NCBI GenBank assembly: GCA_049511715.1
Contig: JBEKXU010000007.1
Span: forward strand, 94,592 to 158,591
Direction: 5' to 3'
Length of the DNA stretch: 64,000 nucleotides
Source of the DNA: Anaerolineales bacterium
GTDB lineage: Bacteria; Chloroflexota; Anaerolineae; Anaerolineales; RBG-16-64-43
Shown here: positions 11,382 through 21,019 of the stretch, one piece after another
Layout of the letters: every line of letters begins with the position of its first letter
How positions within the stretch are numbered: position 1 is the stretch's first letter
Made by a program: the position numbers and the translations under genes
Notes under the pieces: generated by a model
The model's input: only the letters and a program-made list of their open reading frames with translations
The model's database searches: none
What the model was told of the DNA's origin: nothing

Positions 11382-12143
11382 TTGATGCTGAGACAACCTT
11401 TGCAGGAGAAACTCACCCGTCTGCGGCTGCCCGGCTTCCGCATGGGGCTGCAGGAACAGCAGGAGAACCCCCATTACGCCGAGCTTCCCTTCGAGGAGCG
11501 GTTGGGGCTACTCGTGGACCTCGAATGCACCCGCCGCGACAATCGCAGCCTGGAGCGCCGCGTCAAAGCCGCCCACTTTGCCTTGCCTGCCAGCCTTGAA
11601 GACCTGGACCTTTCTCCCGCTCGCGGGCTTGAGCGCAGTTTCATCCTGGAGCTTGCTCAGGGCGAATGGATCCGCCACCACCTGAACATTCTGGTCCTTG
11701 GACCCACCGGTGCCGGCAAGAGCTATCTGGCTTGCGCGCTGGGTCAAGCAGCCTGCCGCCAGGGCTTCTCAGTCCGCTACCACCGAACCTCTCGTCTTCT
11801 GCACGAGATCATGCTCTCCCACGCCGATGGGTCCTTCGCGAAGATGTTGAATGTCCTGGCCAAGGCACCCCTCATCATCCTCGACGACTGGCTGCGGGAT
11901 CCGCTCTCTGCTGCACAGGCGCGGGACCTGCTTGAGATCGTCGATGATCGTTACGGCCAGGCCTCGACCCTGGTTGCCACCCAGGTCCCGAAAGAGGATT
12001 GGCATGCCCGCTTCCCGGATCCCACGCTGGCTGACGCCATTCTCGACCGGCTGGTTCACAATGCCTACCGGCTGGAACTGAAAGGAGGGTCAATGCGAAA
12101 AAAGCGCTCCCCCCTTGGATCGGAAAACCGACTCAAGGTATGA
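11382..12143 (+). CDS. istB: IS21 helper AAA+ ATPase
   Basis: GPTGAGKSYLACALG, LIILDDW, TLADAILDRLVHNAYRLELKGGSMRK. Confidence 0.97.
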   Translation: MMLRQPLQEKLTRLRLPGFRMGLQEQQENPHYAELPFEERLGLLVDLECTRRDNRSLERRVKAAHFALPASLEDLDLSPARGLERSFILELAQGEWIRHHLNILVLGPTGAGKSYLACALGQAACRQGFSVRYHRTSRLLHEIMLSHADGSFAKMLNVLAKAPLIILDDWLRDPLSAAQARDLLEIVDDRYGQASTLVATQVPKEDWHARFPDPTLADAILDRLVHNAYRLELKGGSMRKKRSPLGSENRLKV

Positions 12144-12261
12144 TGTCCCATCCAGAGCTGCTGAAGGCCATGAAGTGATCATCGCCAGTTGGAACGAGTG
12201 TCCACCATCCGCTGGAACTACTGTCCACCTTCGACTGGAATCGGTGTCCATTCGCGCCGGA

Positions 12262-13512
12262 ATGCGCACCGAAGCAAGCCAGGCCGGTCTCGCAAGCCTG
12301 GCTCCGGGCCCAGGTGCAGCGCGGGAACCCGTCTACGGGCTGTACCTGCACATTCCTTTCTGCCGGCACCGGTGCGGCTACTGCGATTTCAACACCTACC
12401 AGGGCATCCAGGATCTGATTCCGCCCTACACTCAAGCCCTCCGGAAGGAGATCGGCGTGCTGGGGGCGGCCGGGGGTCGGCCGCCGGTAGGCACCGTCTT
12501 CTTTGGAGGAGGAACTCCATCGCTGCTCCCCTTGCCGGGCGTGCGGGAACTCTTGGGCGCCGTGCGCACCTGTTTCGCCTTGGAGTTGGAGGCAGAAATC
12601 ACTCTCGAAGCGAATCCGGGGACCGTCACTGCAGAATACCTTTCCGGGTTGCGTGAAACGGGGGTTAACCGGCTCAGCTTCGGGATGCAATCCGCTCGGC
12701 TTCAAGACCTACGACTCCTCGAGCGCGAGCACACCCCTGAGGACACGGTCCGGTCAGTCGGGTGGGCCCGTCAGGCCGGATTCGAGAACATCAACTTGGA
12801 CTTGATCTATGGTCTTCCCAGTCAATCACTGTCCCAATGGCGGGAAACCCTCCAAGCGGCTCTGGACTTGCAGCCCGATCACCTATCGCTCTATGCCCTG
12901 ACTTTGGAGCGGGGGACTCGGTTGCGGCGGGCCGTGCTCCAAGGGAGATACCCTTGGCCAGACGACGATCAGGCGGCAGACATGTATGACTGCGGTGGGG
13001 AGGCCTTGGAGGCCGCGGGATTCGCTCAATACGAGATCTCGAACTGGGCCAGAGTGGACCGTCGGTGGGACCGGCCGCAGTCGCGGGTTTGCCGCCACAA
13101 TCTTCAGTACTGGCGCAATCTCCCCTACCTGGGGTTGGGGGCTGGAGCTCATGGGTTTGCTGGCGGGGTCCGCTATTCTGACCTGCGAACTCCCAGCAAC
13201 TACATCCGGCGAATGCAGGAGGGGAATCGGCGCGAGTTCCCGCTTTCTCCCGCGGCAGCCCGTTCAGAAAAGATTAGCCGAGACGAGGAGATGCGTCAGA
13301 CAATGTGGTTGGGCTTGAGGCTGACCGAGGAAGGCGTGGTGGACACCGCGTTTGCGTCCCGGTTTGGGGTCTCCTTTTTCGACGTCTTTGCGAGGGAAAT
13401 CGGAAACCTGCTAGAGGACGGCCTGCTTGAATGGATAAGCTCGGAGCAAAGAGTCCGCCTGGCTCCCAGGGGCAAGTTGCTCGGCAATCGCGTCTTCATG
13501 GAATTCGTGTAG
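12262..13512 (+). CDS. hemW: Radical SAM heme chaperone HemW (HemN-like); native 5' end displaced by IS21
   Basis: LYLHIPFCRHRCGYCDF (CxxxCxxC), FFGGGTPS, YEISNW, HNLQYW. Native start probably ATG 9677 on the other side of the IS. Confidence 0.9.
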   Translation: MRTEASQAGLASLAPGPGAAREPVYGLYLHIPFCRHRCGYCDFNTYQGIQDLIPPYTQALRKEIGVLGAAGGRPPVGTVFFGGGTPSLLPLPGVRELLGAVRTCFALELEAEITLEANPGTVTAEYLSGLRETGVNRLSFGMQSARLQDLRLLEREHTPEDTVRSVGWARQAGFENINLDLIYGLPSQSLSQWRETLQAALDLQPDHLSLYALTLERGTRLRRAVLQGRYPWPDDDQAADMYDCGGEALEAAGFAQYEISNWARVDRRWDRPQSRVCRHNLQYWRNLPYLGLGAGAHGFAGGVRYSDLRTPSNYIRRMQEGNRREFPLSPAAARSEKISRDEEMRQTMWLGLRLTEEGVVDTAFASRFGVSFFDVFAREIGNLLEDGLLEWISSEQRVRLAPRGKLLGNRVFMEFV

Positions 13513-13560
13513 CCTCACGCTGAATGGCCGCCAGAAGGTCCCGCCGGCATTCTGGGCCGG

Positions 13561-14577
13561 TCAGCGCACGCGGGTGAGGAGGGTCTCGGTGAGCTCCCGC
13601 AGGGCTTGCATATACTCTTCCTTCAGGGAGACTTGCTCAAGGGCTGCAAACGCTTGGCGAGTCACCGCAGCGGCTTGAGAGGCAGCATATTCGCGCGCTC
13701 CGGCGCGCTCCAGGGCTTCGAGCATGCCCGGGGTTGGTCCGGGCGAAGACGGAAGCGCGAACAGGCTGCGAAACTCAGGGGAATTCTCGAGCCCAAAGAC
13801 GATTGGAAGGCTCTTCTTGCGGCTGGTGAGATCGTCGCTGGCCGACTTCCCCGTGGCGCGCGGGTCGCCCCAAAGGCCGAGCCAGTCATCTCGGGCTTGG
13901 AAGGCCAACCCGAGGAGGCGCCCGAACTCCCCCAGCTGCTCCTGTCGCCTCGCATCGCTCTTTCCCGCCAGCGCGCCAAGGAGGCAGGCCGCCTTGAGAA
14001 GCGCAGCCGTCTTGCCTTCGACCATCTCCCAGTAACGGGCGAGCGAAAAGGCGGCGTTGTCCTCCGCCGCGAGATCGATATACTGGCCCTCCGTCAGGTG
14101 AATGCAGGCCTCCAGAAGGACCCGTGCGGAAGCTGAGGCGAGGGAGGAGTCCAGATCTCGGGACCGTGCCGGCTGAACCGTGCAAAGCAGCGCCAGAGAG
14201 AAAAGAATGTCGCCGGCGTTGATTCCCTGAGCTGCTCCCCAAAGCTTCCAGACCGTCGGGCGGCCGCGCCTCATGGTACCTTGGTCTTGAATGTCGTCAT
14301 GAATCAAGGAGAAGTTGTGGACCAGCTCGACGGCTGCGGCGAACGGAAGGGCAGGTTGCCATTCTCCGCAGACGCCTCCGCAGCACAGCAGGGTGAGCAG
14401 TGGGCGGAGGCGCTTTCCGCCAGCTCCGCGGCCCGCGCCTTCGCCGGCCCAACCCATGTGAAAGGCGAGCATCTCGTACAACCCCCGGACGGACCCGCTC
14501 TCGGGTTGTGCCAGAGCAAGGCGCAGAGTCTCCTCAAGATCTGCCAGCATCGAGGGGATAAGTTCGGCAGAGGTCAT
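13561..14577 (-). CDS. Polyprenyl diphosphate synthase (GGPP synthase-like)
   Basis: [28 protein letters not shown]. Confidence 0.93.
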   Translation of the reverse strand: MTSAELIPSMLADLEETLRLALAQPESGSVRGLYEMLAFHMGWAGEGAGRGAGGKRLRPLLTLLCCGGVCGEWQPALPFAAAVELVHNFSLIHDDIQDQGTMRRGRPTVWKLWGAAQGINAGDILFSLALLCTVQPARSRDLDSSLASASARVLLEACIHLTEGQYIDLAAEDNAAFSLARYWEMVEGKTAALLKAACLLGALAGKSDARRQEQLGEFGRLLGLAFQARDDWLGLWGDPRATGKSASDDLTSRKKSLPIVFGLENSPEFRSLFALPSSPGPTPGMLEALERAGAREYAASQAAAVTRQAFAALEQVSLKEEYMQALRELTETLLTRVR

Positions 14578-15602
14578 GGCGTCTGGAGTGGCGTAGCTTG
14601 CAAGCTGGCGAGGTCGGCAGCCCCCACCGCAAACATCACAATTCTCAGCTCCTGCTCGATGAGCTGGGCTGCCTCCACCACGGCCTCGACCGAGTGGGAT
14701 GCGGCCTCAAGAAACGGGTGGGCCGCGCCGACGAGAGTCGCTCCCAGGGCGATGCACTTGGCGACCTCCACGCCGTCACGAATGCCTCCAGAAGCCACGA
14801 GCGGCAAGTGGGGCAACTCGGCGTGGCACTGTCGCAGGGCCTCGGCAGTGGGGATTCCCCAGTCGACAAAAGCGGCCGCCAAGCGGGCCTCCTGCCGTGA
14901 CCCGGCCCGGTGCATCTCAACTTGCGACCAGGAGGTCCCGCCGGCTCCGGCCACGTCGACGCCAGCGACCCCAGCATTCGCAAGCCAGCGGGCGACCTTG
15001 CCCGAGATTCCCCAACCGACTTCCTTGACAATCACGGGGACGGTGAGCGAACGACAGATCGTTTCAATTCGGGCGAGAAGTTGCGAAAAGTCCGTGTTCC
15101 CCTCGGGCTGCAATGCCTCCTGGAGAGGGTTGAGGTGAAGGATGAGAGCGTCAGCGTTCACCATCTCGACCGCACGCCGGCACTCTTCCGGTCCGTAAGC
15201 GTAGTTGAGCTGAACGGCCCCGAGGTTGGCCATAAGGAAAATGTCCGGAGCGAGATCCCGCACCTGATAAGTCTCCCGGAGGGCGGGGTCTTCAATCGCG
15301 GCCCGCTGGGAGCCCAATCCCATCGCTATCCCGAGAACCTGTGCCGCCTCTGCCAGGGTCCGGTTGACGCGTCGTGCCTCCTGCGTGCCTCCGGTCATGG
15401 AAGAGATGACCAGAGGAGCCTCCAGGTCGTGCCCGAGGAATCTGGCGCGGATGCTGACCTGTTGCAGGGCCAGCTCAGGCAAAGCTTGATGGAGGAAACG
15501 GTACCGTTCCAAGCCGCTGGTGAGCCCTGACTGGACGTCCTCTTCCAGATTGATGCGGATGTGGTCCGCCTTGCGGAATGAGGTGGGCGCAACTTCCGGC
15601 AT
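14574..15602 (-). CDS. fni: Type 2 isopentenyl-diphosphate delta-isomerase
   Basis: [38 protein letters not shown]. Confidence 0.96.
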   Translation of the reverse strand: MPEVAPTSFRKADHIRINLEEDVQSGLTSGLERYRFLHQALPELALQQVSIRARFLGHDLEAPLVISSMTGGTQEARRVNRTLAEAAQVLGIAMGLGSQRAAIEDPALRETYQVRDLAPDIFLMANLGAVQLNYAYGPEECRRAVEMVNADALILHLNPLQEALQPEGNTDFSQLLARIETICRSLTVPVIVKEVGWGISGKVARWLANAGVAGVDVAGAGGTSWSQVEMHRAGSRQEARLAAAFVDWGIPTAEALRQCHAELPHLPLVASGGIRDGVEVAKCIALGATLVGAAHPFLEAASHSVEAVVEAAQLIEQELRIVMFAVGAADLASLQATPLQTP

Positions 15603-15636
15603 GAGGAGGTGTTCCCTTATTTATGGATACGGCAGC

Positions 15637-15709
15637 ATGGTACCAGCCCGATGGGCGTGTGTCAACAGCGGGGGCACGGCTTGACCGGGAGGGGATTGGC
15701 CAGTACAAT
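15637..15709. promoter_or_regulatory. Back-to-back sigma70 promoters for fni (-) and acpP (+)
   Basis: Minus: TTGACA-17-TACCAT (15665 to 15637). Plus: TTGACC-17-TACAAT (15681-15709). Confidence 0.65.
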
Positions 15710-15810
15710 AGCACCTAGCCCCCATTTTGCACGAGTGTGGCGCGACTCGAGGAGGCCGGTCGATGGCTTGGTGGGTCGGCCGATTAGGGACCCAAGGGAG
15801 GGATTGTTTC

Positions 15811-16056
15811 ATGGCAGATACAACCTTCGACAGCGTGCGAGATATTATTGTGGAGTTGCTGGGTGTGGATGCCTCGAAGGTTATTGAAAGCGCACGGTTT
15901 CGTGAGGATCTGGGGGCGGATTCTCTCGACCTGGTTGAGCTGATCATGGCATTCGAGGAGAAATTCGGGGCGGAAATATCCGATGAGGATGCGCAGAGCA
16001 TCACAACGGTCGGCGAGGCTGTGAAGTACATCGAAGCCAGGAAGGCCAAGACCTAG
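15811..16056 (+). CDS. acpP: Acyl carrier protein
   Basis: [21 protein letters not shown] phosphopantetheine motif; GGAGG RBS. Confidence 0.97.
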   Translation: MADTTFDSVRDIIVELLGVDASKVIESARFREDLGADSLDLVELIMAFEEKFGAEISDEDAQSITTVGEAVKYIEARKAKT

Positions 16057-16079
16057 TTCCAGGAGCCTTTTGAAGGACG

Positions 16080-16110
16080 AGCCCCGGGACGAGTCCGGGG
16101 CTGTTTTTTT
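16080..16110 (+). terminator. Intrinsic terminator after acpP
   Basis: AGCCCCGG...CCGGGGCT stem followed by GTTTTTTT. Confidence 0.75.
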
Positions 16111-16163
16111 CCGAAATCTCAAGCGGACCGGGCCGGGGAGTCAAGAGAATCCCCGGTCCGTTG

Positions 16164-17636
16164 TTATGTTGCCTGCGGATCGGGGGGCCCTCCGGAGGAC
16201 CCCTGAGCACCCGGCCGGCCGAAATAACAGGTCTCAATCTCCTGCCAAGATGGGCGCCCCTCGAGACGCATGTAGGCCGAGAGGAGAGGGTGCACGGCCC
16301 GGATCTGTTCGGCCATTTGTAGGGCAATCTGCCGAATGGCAAAGTGAGCATTTTCCGTGGAGCGCAGTTCGCAGAAGTGGAAGGCCTCTCTCAGGTTGAG
16401 GGTCAGGAGCACCCGCCGGCGGAAGGCGTTTGGGATCACATAGGAGGCGGCCCTGCCATCCTGCCGGGCGAGTTGCTCATAAGTTTGGGCGGCGCGATCC
16501 ATTGCTTCGCGATAGCGGTCGACTAGGCAGGCTTGCTCAAACCCGAGGGGAGTGACATACCCCAAATAGCTGCTGAGCGGCGCAGAAGTCTGGGTCATCA
16601 TTCGGTGACGCTTGAGTTCGAAGTAGGCACCCTGGTCCAAGACGACCTCGAACATGTAGGAAAGATGTTCCAACTCGCGGGGCGGAGCTTCCCTCGGGCT
16701 CAGGGAACCAAGAAGCTCGGAGGCCAGCTGGCCTTGCTCGGCGGGGGATAGCGCGGCAATCTCGCGCAACGCCTGCTCGTAAGCGATTCCCGAGGAGCGA
16801 ACCCTGGCGGCCGCCAGGACGCGGGCCTCCCCGTCCGGGTCGTATCGGAGGAGCCGAAGCGAGCCTGCAGGAGGAAGACCCTCCGCGCCTGTGCGGCTCA
16901 AAGGGAGAGTCTTGTCCCCCGCTTCCAACCGCTGAAGGTAGGGGGAGGCCTCAGAATACTTCAGCAGGGTGGGAGTCTCCTGCCTGGCAACTTCCCGCAT
17001 CTCGGCCCCGATTTCGCGCACCTCCGCCAGGGGGTGTGACAGCATCTTGCACAGAGCATGCTCGAGGGCGCGCGCGTTGATAGTGACCCCGACATTGGCC
17101 AGGCAGGCCGCCGGCAGGAGATAGCGGCATACATCAACGTAGCGTGAGCGAATCCGCGCCTCCCATTTTGCGTCGCTTTCGCCGGCTTGGCGTGGGAAGC
17201 GTTCGCGCGCGCGAGCGGCCGTGACTTGCAGCGAAGCTTGGTAGGTGTCCAGCAGGAAATCGCAGGTCGCCCGGTAGGCGGCCTCGAGGCCCGATCCCTT
17301 GAATTCGGCGGGCAGCCAGTAAGCCCCCGGCGACCACGTTTGGTAGCGGGTGCTCTTTTCCGTGTAGGAAGCCAGTCGGTTGGACTCCAGGCACTCAATC
17401 GCCAATCGCGAAATATTCTCCAGGGCAATGTGCAGGACCGCGTGTTCTGCGACTGAGGCATGTCCAAACCCAACCACCCACCGCTCGTGAAATCTCGTGC
17501 TGTTCTCCTCGCCAAGTTCCGAAGCGATTTCGGAGAAAGATTGAGGAGAGCGCGAGGTCCTGGCAAAGGCGACAGCGATTGTTTCCGGGCTGAGACGGCG
17601 AGCGCTGAGAAGGTAGATGCGGCGCGGCGCGTTAAT
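16164..17636 (-). CDS. thyX: FAD-dependent thymidylate synthase, tandem two-domain ThyX-like form; probable ATT start
   Basis: GHASVAEH, YTEKSTRY, ELKRHR, NLREAFHFCELR. The frame stays open 53 codons upstream of GTG 17477 to an ATT preceded by GAGGAGG. Confidence 0.82.
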   Translation of the reverse strand: MNAPRRIYLLSARRLSPETIAVAFARTSRSPQSFSEIASELGEENSTRFHERWVVGFGHASVAEHAVLHIALENISRLAIECLESNRLASYTEKSTRYQTWSPGAYWLPAEFKGSGLEAAYRATCDFLLDTYQASLQVTAARARERFPRQAGESDAKWEARIRSRYVDVCRYLLPAACLANVGVTINARALEHALCKMLSHPLAEVREIGAEMREVARQETPTLLKYSEASPYLQRLEAGDKTLPLSRTGAEGLPPAGSLRLLRYDPDGEARVLAAARVRSSGIAYEQALREIAALSPAEQGQLASELLGSLSPREAPPRELEHLSYMFEVVLDQGAYFELKRHRMMTQTSAPLSSYLGYVTPLGFEQACLVDRYREAMDRAAQTYEQLARQDGRAASYVIPNAFRRRVLLTLNLREAFHFCELRSTENAHFAIRQIALQMAEQIRAVHPLLSAYMRLEGRPSWQEIETCYFGRPGAQGSSGGPPDPQAT

Positions 17637-17677
17637 CGCGTCCTCCTCTCTTCGGGCGAGGGGACTCTGCGGAGGGC

Positions 17678-18625
17678 TCAGTCGGGTTGGGGGGATGCCG
17701 AAGACGACTCGCGCAGGCGGGCGCGGGCGGTTGCGACATCCCTCTGGATCTGACCCAGCAGTTCCTTCGGACCGGAGAACTTCTGTTCGTCCCGAATGCG
17801 AGCCATGAAGTCGAGGCGCAACTCCTTGCCGTACAGATCGGACTGGAAGTCGAGCAGGTGGGCTTCAATGGTCAGGTTGGCGTTCTCTTCAAAGGTGGGG
17901 CGGATTCCAATATTGGTTACGCCGGGGTGCCGCTGGCCCTGCACCCACACCCACGTTGCGTATACCCCGCGGGCTGGAATGGCCCGCTCTTCCGGCGCGT
18001 CCAAATTGGCGGTCGGGATTCCCAGGCCGACCCCGCGATGGGCTCCTTCTGTGACCTGCCCTGTCAGACGGTAAGGTCGTCCCAGGCAAGCCGCCGCCGA
18101 AATCACGTCTCCCTGCGAGAGGTAGCGGCGGATGCGGGTCGAAGAGATCACCTCCGCGCCGTATTCCAGCGGCGCAACCGTATGCACCTGAAACCCCGCC
18201 TGAACGCCGTATTCTTTCAGAAACTGGAGGTTCCCCTCCCGGTTGTGGCCGAGGGCAAAGTCCGGCCCCGCCCAAAGGGAGCGCAACCCGAGGTGCCGCA
18301 CGAGACGATCGAGGAATTCTGCGGCCCGAACTCTCGAGAGCTCCAGGGTGAATGGCTGGAGGATGACACTATCGACACCCAGCGCACCAAGCCACTGGGC
18401 CCTTTCCTCAGGTGCGCTCAGGTAGCTCGGCTTGGAGCGCCTCCCCAGCACGACTGATGGATGCGGGTGGAAGGTAAGAACGACCGCCGGTTCTCGGTTT
18501 GCGTGGGCCTGATGTACCATGGCCTCCACCAGGCGTTGGTGGCCCCGATGAACGCCGTCAAATGAGCCAACCGCTAGATGGGCTCCGTGGAATTGCACTT
18601 CCTCAATGCGGTGGTAGACCGGCAT
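17678..18625 (-). CDS. ribF: Bifunctional riboflavin kinase/FAD synthetase
   Basis: GSFDGVHRGH, ISSTRIR, GIPTAN, EAHLLDF. Confidence 0.97.
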   Translation of the reverse strand: MPVYHRIEEVQFHGAHLAVGSFDGVHRGHQRLVEAMVHQAHANREPAVVLTFHPHPSVVLGRRSKPSYLSAPEERAQWLGALGVDSVILQPFTLELSRVRAAEFLDRLVRHLGLRSLWAGPDFALGHNREGNLQFLKEYGVQAGFQVHTVAPLEYGAEVISSTRIRRYLSQGDVISAAACLGRPYRLTGQVTEGAHRGVGLGIPTANLDAPEERAIPARGVYATWVWVQGQRHPGVTNIGIRPTFEENANLTIEAHLLDFQSDLYGKELRLDFMARIRDEQKFSGPKELLGQIQRDVATARARLRESSSASPQPD

Positions 18626-18631
18626 CCTGCC

Positions 18632-19516
18632 TCAGAGATCGGTAAAGACTTTTCTGGGCTGCCAGGCTTGCGACCGGGGGTCCCCTTCCAGGATCGCAAC
18701 CAGTTCCCCACCTGGGCCGACTCCCATGGCCCGCCCCGAGGCCCCGGTCTTCCCCGGGACGGAGATGCCCCGGCGCACCGCGTCGACCTGTTCGCCGGAA
18801 AGGCCCACCTGGGGCCACCCTTCCAAAATTGTCGTGGCCGGAAGCGTCAGCTCCTGCCAGTCGCCCTGGGCAAATCGATTCTGCAGTTCGTTCAAATTGA
18901 TAGCCTGCTCGACCGGAAAGGGGCCCAGCCTCAGCCTGCGTAGGGCGATGAGATGGGCGTAGGACTGGAGCCTGTCTCCGAGGTCCCGCGCCAGGGCTCG
19001 TAGGTATGTTCCCCGCGAACATTGCACCCGGATCGTTGCCTCCGGGCTGGACCATTGGCGCAGCTCGATCCGATAGATCTGGACCTTGCGCGGTTCGAGT
19101 TCCACCGGTTCCCCTTTCCGCGCCAGGTCGTAGGCCTTTCGCCCTTCCACCTTGACTGCCGAGTACGCGGGCGGCACCTGCAACGTCTCTCCCTGAAAAG
19201 TGGCCAGGGCCTCGCGCAGTTGCTCCTCGGAGAACCGGACGGGGCTGGTCGCCGTAATCTGTCCCGTGGCGTCCAGCGTTGTCGTGCTTTGGCCGAACCG
19301 GACGACTGCCTGGTATTCTTTGTCGGCTTCGAGCAAGTATTCCGCCAGGCGCGTGGCTCCTCCCAGGAGCACCACGAGCACCCCCGAAGCGGAAGGATCG
19401 AGAGTCCCCGTGTGGCCAGTCTTTCGAATGCCCGTCCCGCGACGAACGAGGCTGACCACATCATGCGAGGTCGGGCCAATGGGTTTATCAATAACCAGTA
19501 CGGCCGGGCGTCCCAA
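18632..19516 (-). CDS. truB: tRNA pseudouridine(55) synthase
   Basis: DKPIGPTSHDVV, GHTGTLDP, PPAYSAVK, CSRGTYLR. Confidence 0.97.
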   Translation of the reverse strand: MGRPAVLVIDKPIGPTSHDVVSLVRRGTGIRKTGHTGTLDPSASGVLVVLLGGATRLAEYLLEADKEYQAVVRFGQSTTTLDATGQITATSPVRFSEEQLREALATFQGETLQVPPAYSAVKVEGRKAYDLARKGEPVELEPRKVQIYRIELRQWSSPEATIRVQCSRGTYLRALARDLGDRLQSYAHLIALRRLRLGPFPVEQAINLNELQNRFAQGDWQELTLPATTILEGWPQVGLSGEQVDAVRRGISVPGKTGASGRAMGVGPGGELVAILEGDPRSQAWQPRKVFTDL

Positions 19517-19667
19517 TTTGATCCTCCAGGTCGCCAGGATGAACCCTCTCGACAGGACCTCTCCCCGGCCGGATTCCCTCGGCGGTGAGGGCTGGCGAAC
19601 GGATTCTGCCTGTGTCAGTGGCGTTCTGGGGAAAGTGCCGACTTGGCCTGGGCCAGCGGCTCAACCA

Positions 19668-20630
19668 TCATAGTTTATCAGACAACCACTTGCGGGTCAC
19701 CTCCACGACCGTGCGGGCGACCTGCTCCAAGGGGCCTGAGACCGTGGCGCCCGCGGCGGCCGGGTGGCCTCCGCCTCCATAGCGTTTCGCTATCGGGGTA
19801 ATGTCGATTCCGTTGTGAGCACGCCAGCTGACTTTCACCGTTCCCCCCTCCTGTTCGACGAAGATCATCGCCAGGTCGGTCCCATCTACGCTGCTCAGGA
19901 TGTTGATCAAGTCGGCATCGTCACGCCCTGGGTACTCGGCCAGCCTCCGGTCGGCGAGGCTGAGCCAAGTCCAGACGATCCGGTCCTCCCGCTCAATCCG
20001 CGAAAGTCCGGACCCCCAATAGCGGGCAGCGGAGAAACTGCGCCGGTTCATGCTGGATTCGACGATTTCTGGAAGATTGGCTCCGGCCCGCATCAGCTTC
20101 AGGGCGATTTCCATGCTCTTGGGATTGACGTTGGCCGTGCGGAACCCCAGCGTATCTGTCACGAGTCCCGTCAGCAATCCGATCGAGGCATTGCGGTTCA
20201 GCTTGAGGCCGAGCGGGGCGACAAGGTCGAACAGGACTTCCGCCGTTGCCACGGCCTGCTCCTTAACCAGGTTGACCTCGGCAAAGCGGCTGTTGGTTGT
20301 GTGATGGTCGATATTCACGGTGGGAGCGGGGGGCAGGGGCGCCCCCAGCTCCCCGAGCCGGTCCGGGTCCGAACAATCGAGGTAGATCGTGAGGTCTGCT
20401 TCCGGCGGGACTTGCGCACTTACTTCCTCGTATCCTGGCAGGAAATGGAAGGTCGCGGGGACCCCGTCCTTGCTTAGCAGGCTGAGAGTCTTCCCCGTGC
20501 TGCGCAGCATCCAAGCCAGCCCGAGCAACGAGCCCAGCGCATCTCCGTCGGGCCTTTCGTGGGTAGCCAGCAGAATGTGCCGGGAGCGGCGGAGGAACTC
20601 GCGTGCCTTCTTGGCACTGAGCTCATCCAT
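19668..20630 (-). CDS. nrnA: DHH/DHHA1 oligoribonuclease/PAP phosphatase (NrnA-like)
   Basis: HERPDGDALGS, NIDHH, GGGGHPAAAG; position after rbfA. Confidence 0.88.
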   Translation of the reverse strand: MDELSAKKAREFLRRSRHILLATHERPDGDALGSLLGLAWMLRSTGKTLSLLSKDGVPATFHFLPGYEEVSAQVPPEADLTIYLDCSDPDRLGELGAPLPPAPTVNIDHHTTNSRFAEVNLVKEQAVATAEVLFDLVAPLGLKLNRNASIGLLTGLVTDTLGFRTANVNPKSMEIALKLMRAGANLPEIVESSMNRRSFSAARYWGSGLSRIEREDRIVWTWLSLADRRLAEYPGRDDADLINILSSVDGTDLAMIFVEQEGGTVKVSWRAHNGIDITPIAKRYGGGGHPAAAGATVSGPLEQVARTVVEVTRKWLSDKL

Positions 20631-21015
20631 TCTTGCTGTTGTCCTTCACCCCGCCGGCTTGGTTCGAGTGGGGTCCGATAGCATCGAGGAGGGTCTGGAG
20701 ATGCTCAGCGCGATCCGGCAGATCGTCCCAAATGAACCTCAATTGAGGAAAGGTCCGGATCGGGATCCGGACCGCAAGCTCATGGCGCAGGAATCCACGA
20801 GCTCCCTGAAGCGCTCTCATGACTTCGCCGCGGCGCGTGAGGTCCGCATCCAGGACGGAAACATAGATGCTCGCATGGGCAAACTCCCGATCCACGCGGA
20901 CCTCGGTCACCGATACCGAACTCAAGCGGGGGTCGCTGGTTTCCCGAAGAAGGAGCTCTGCCAGAACCTCCCGAATTCTTTCCGCGAGGCGCTGGGCCCG
21001 CGTCAGGCTGGGCAT
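20623..21015 (-). CDS. rbfA: Ribosome-binding factor A
   Basis: RAQRLAERIRE, DPRL..VSVTEV, GFLRHELA..I.IR..PQLRF..D. Confidence 0.95.
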   Translation of the reverse strand: MPSLTRAQRLAERIREVLAELLLRETSDPRLSSVSVTEVRVDREFAHASIYVSVLDADLTRRGEVMRALQGARGFLRHELAVRIPIRTFPQLRFIWDDLPDRAEHLQTLLDAIGPHSNQAGGVKDNSKNG

Positions 21016-21019
21016 CGCC

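Larger units (their letters stand above)
9725..12268 (+). mobile_element. Complete IS21-family insertion sequence
   Basis: TG...CA ends with imperfect inverted repeats (TGCGTAATCCG / CGGAATGCGCA). Multiple internal TGGACA-N3-TTCC repeats at both ends. CCGAA duplicated at 9720-9724 and 12269-12273. Carries istA and istB. Confidence 0.96.

Noticed and set aside
13561-16056. GGPP synthase, fni and acpP as a specialised biosynthetic cluster
   Set aside because: Ordinary housekeeping isoprenoid and fatty acid genes with divergent promoters; no tailoring enzymes nearby
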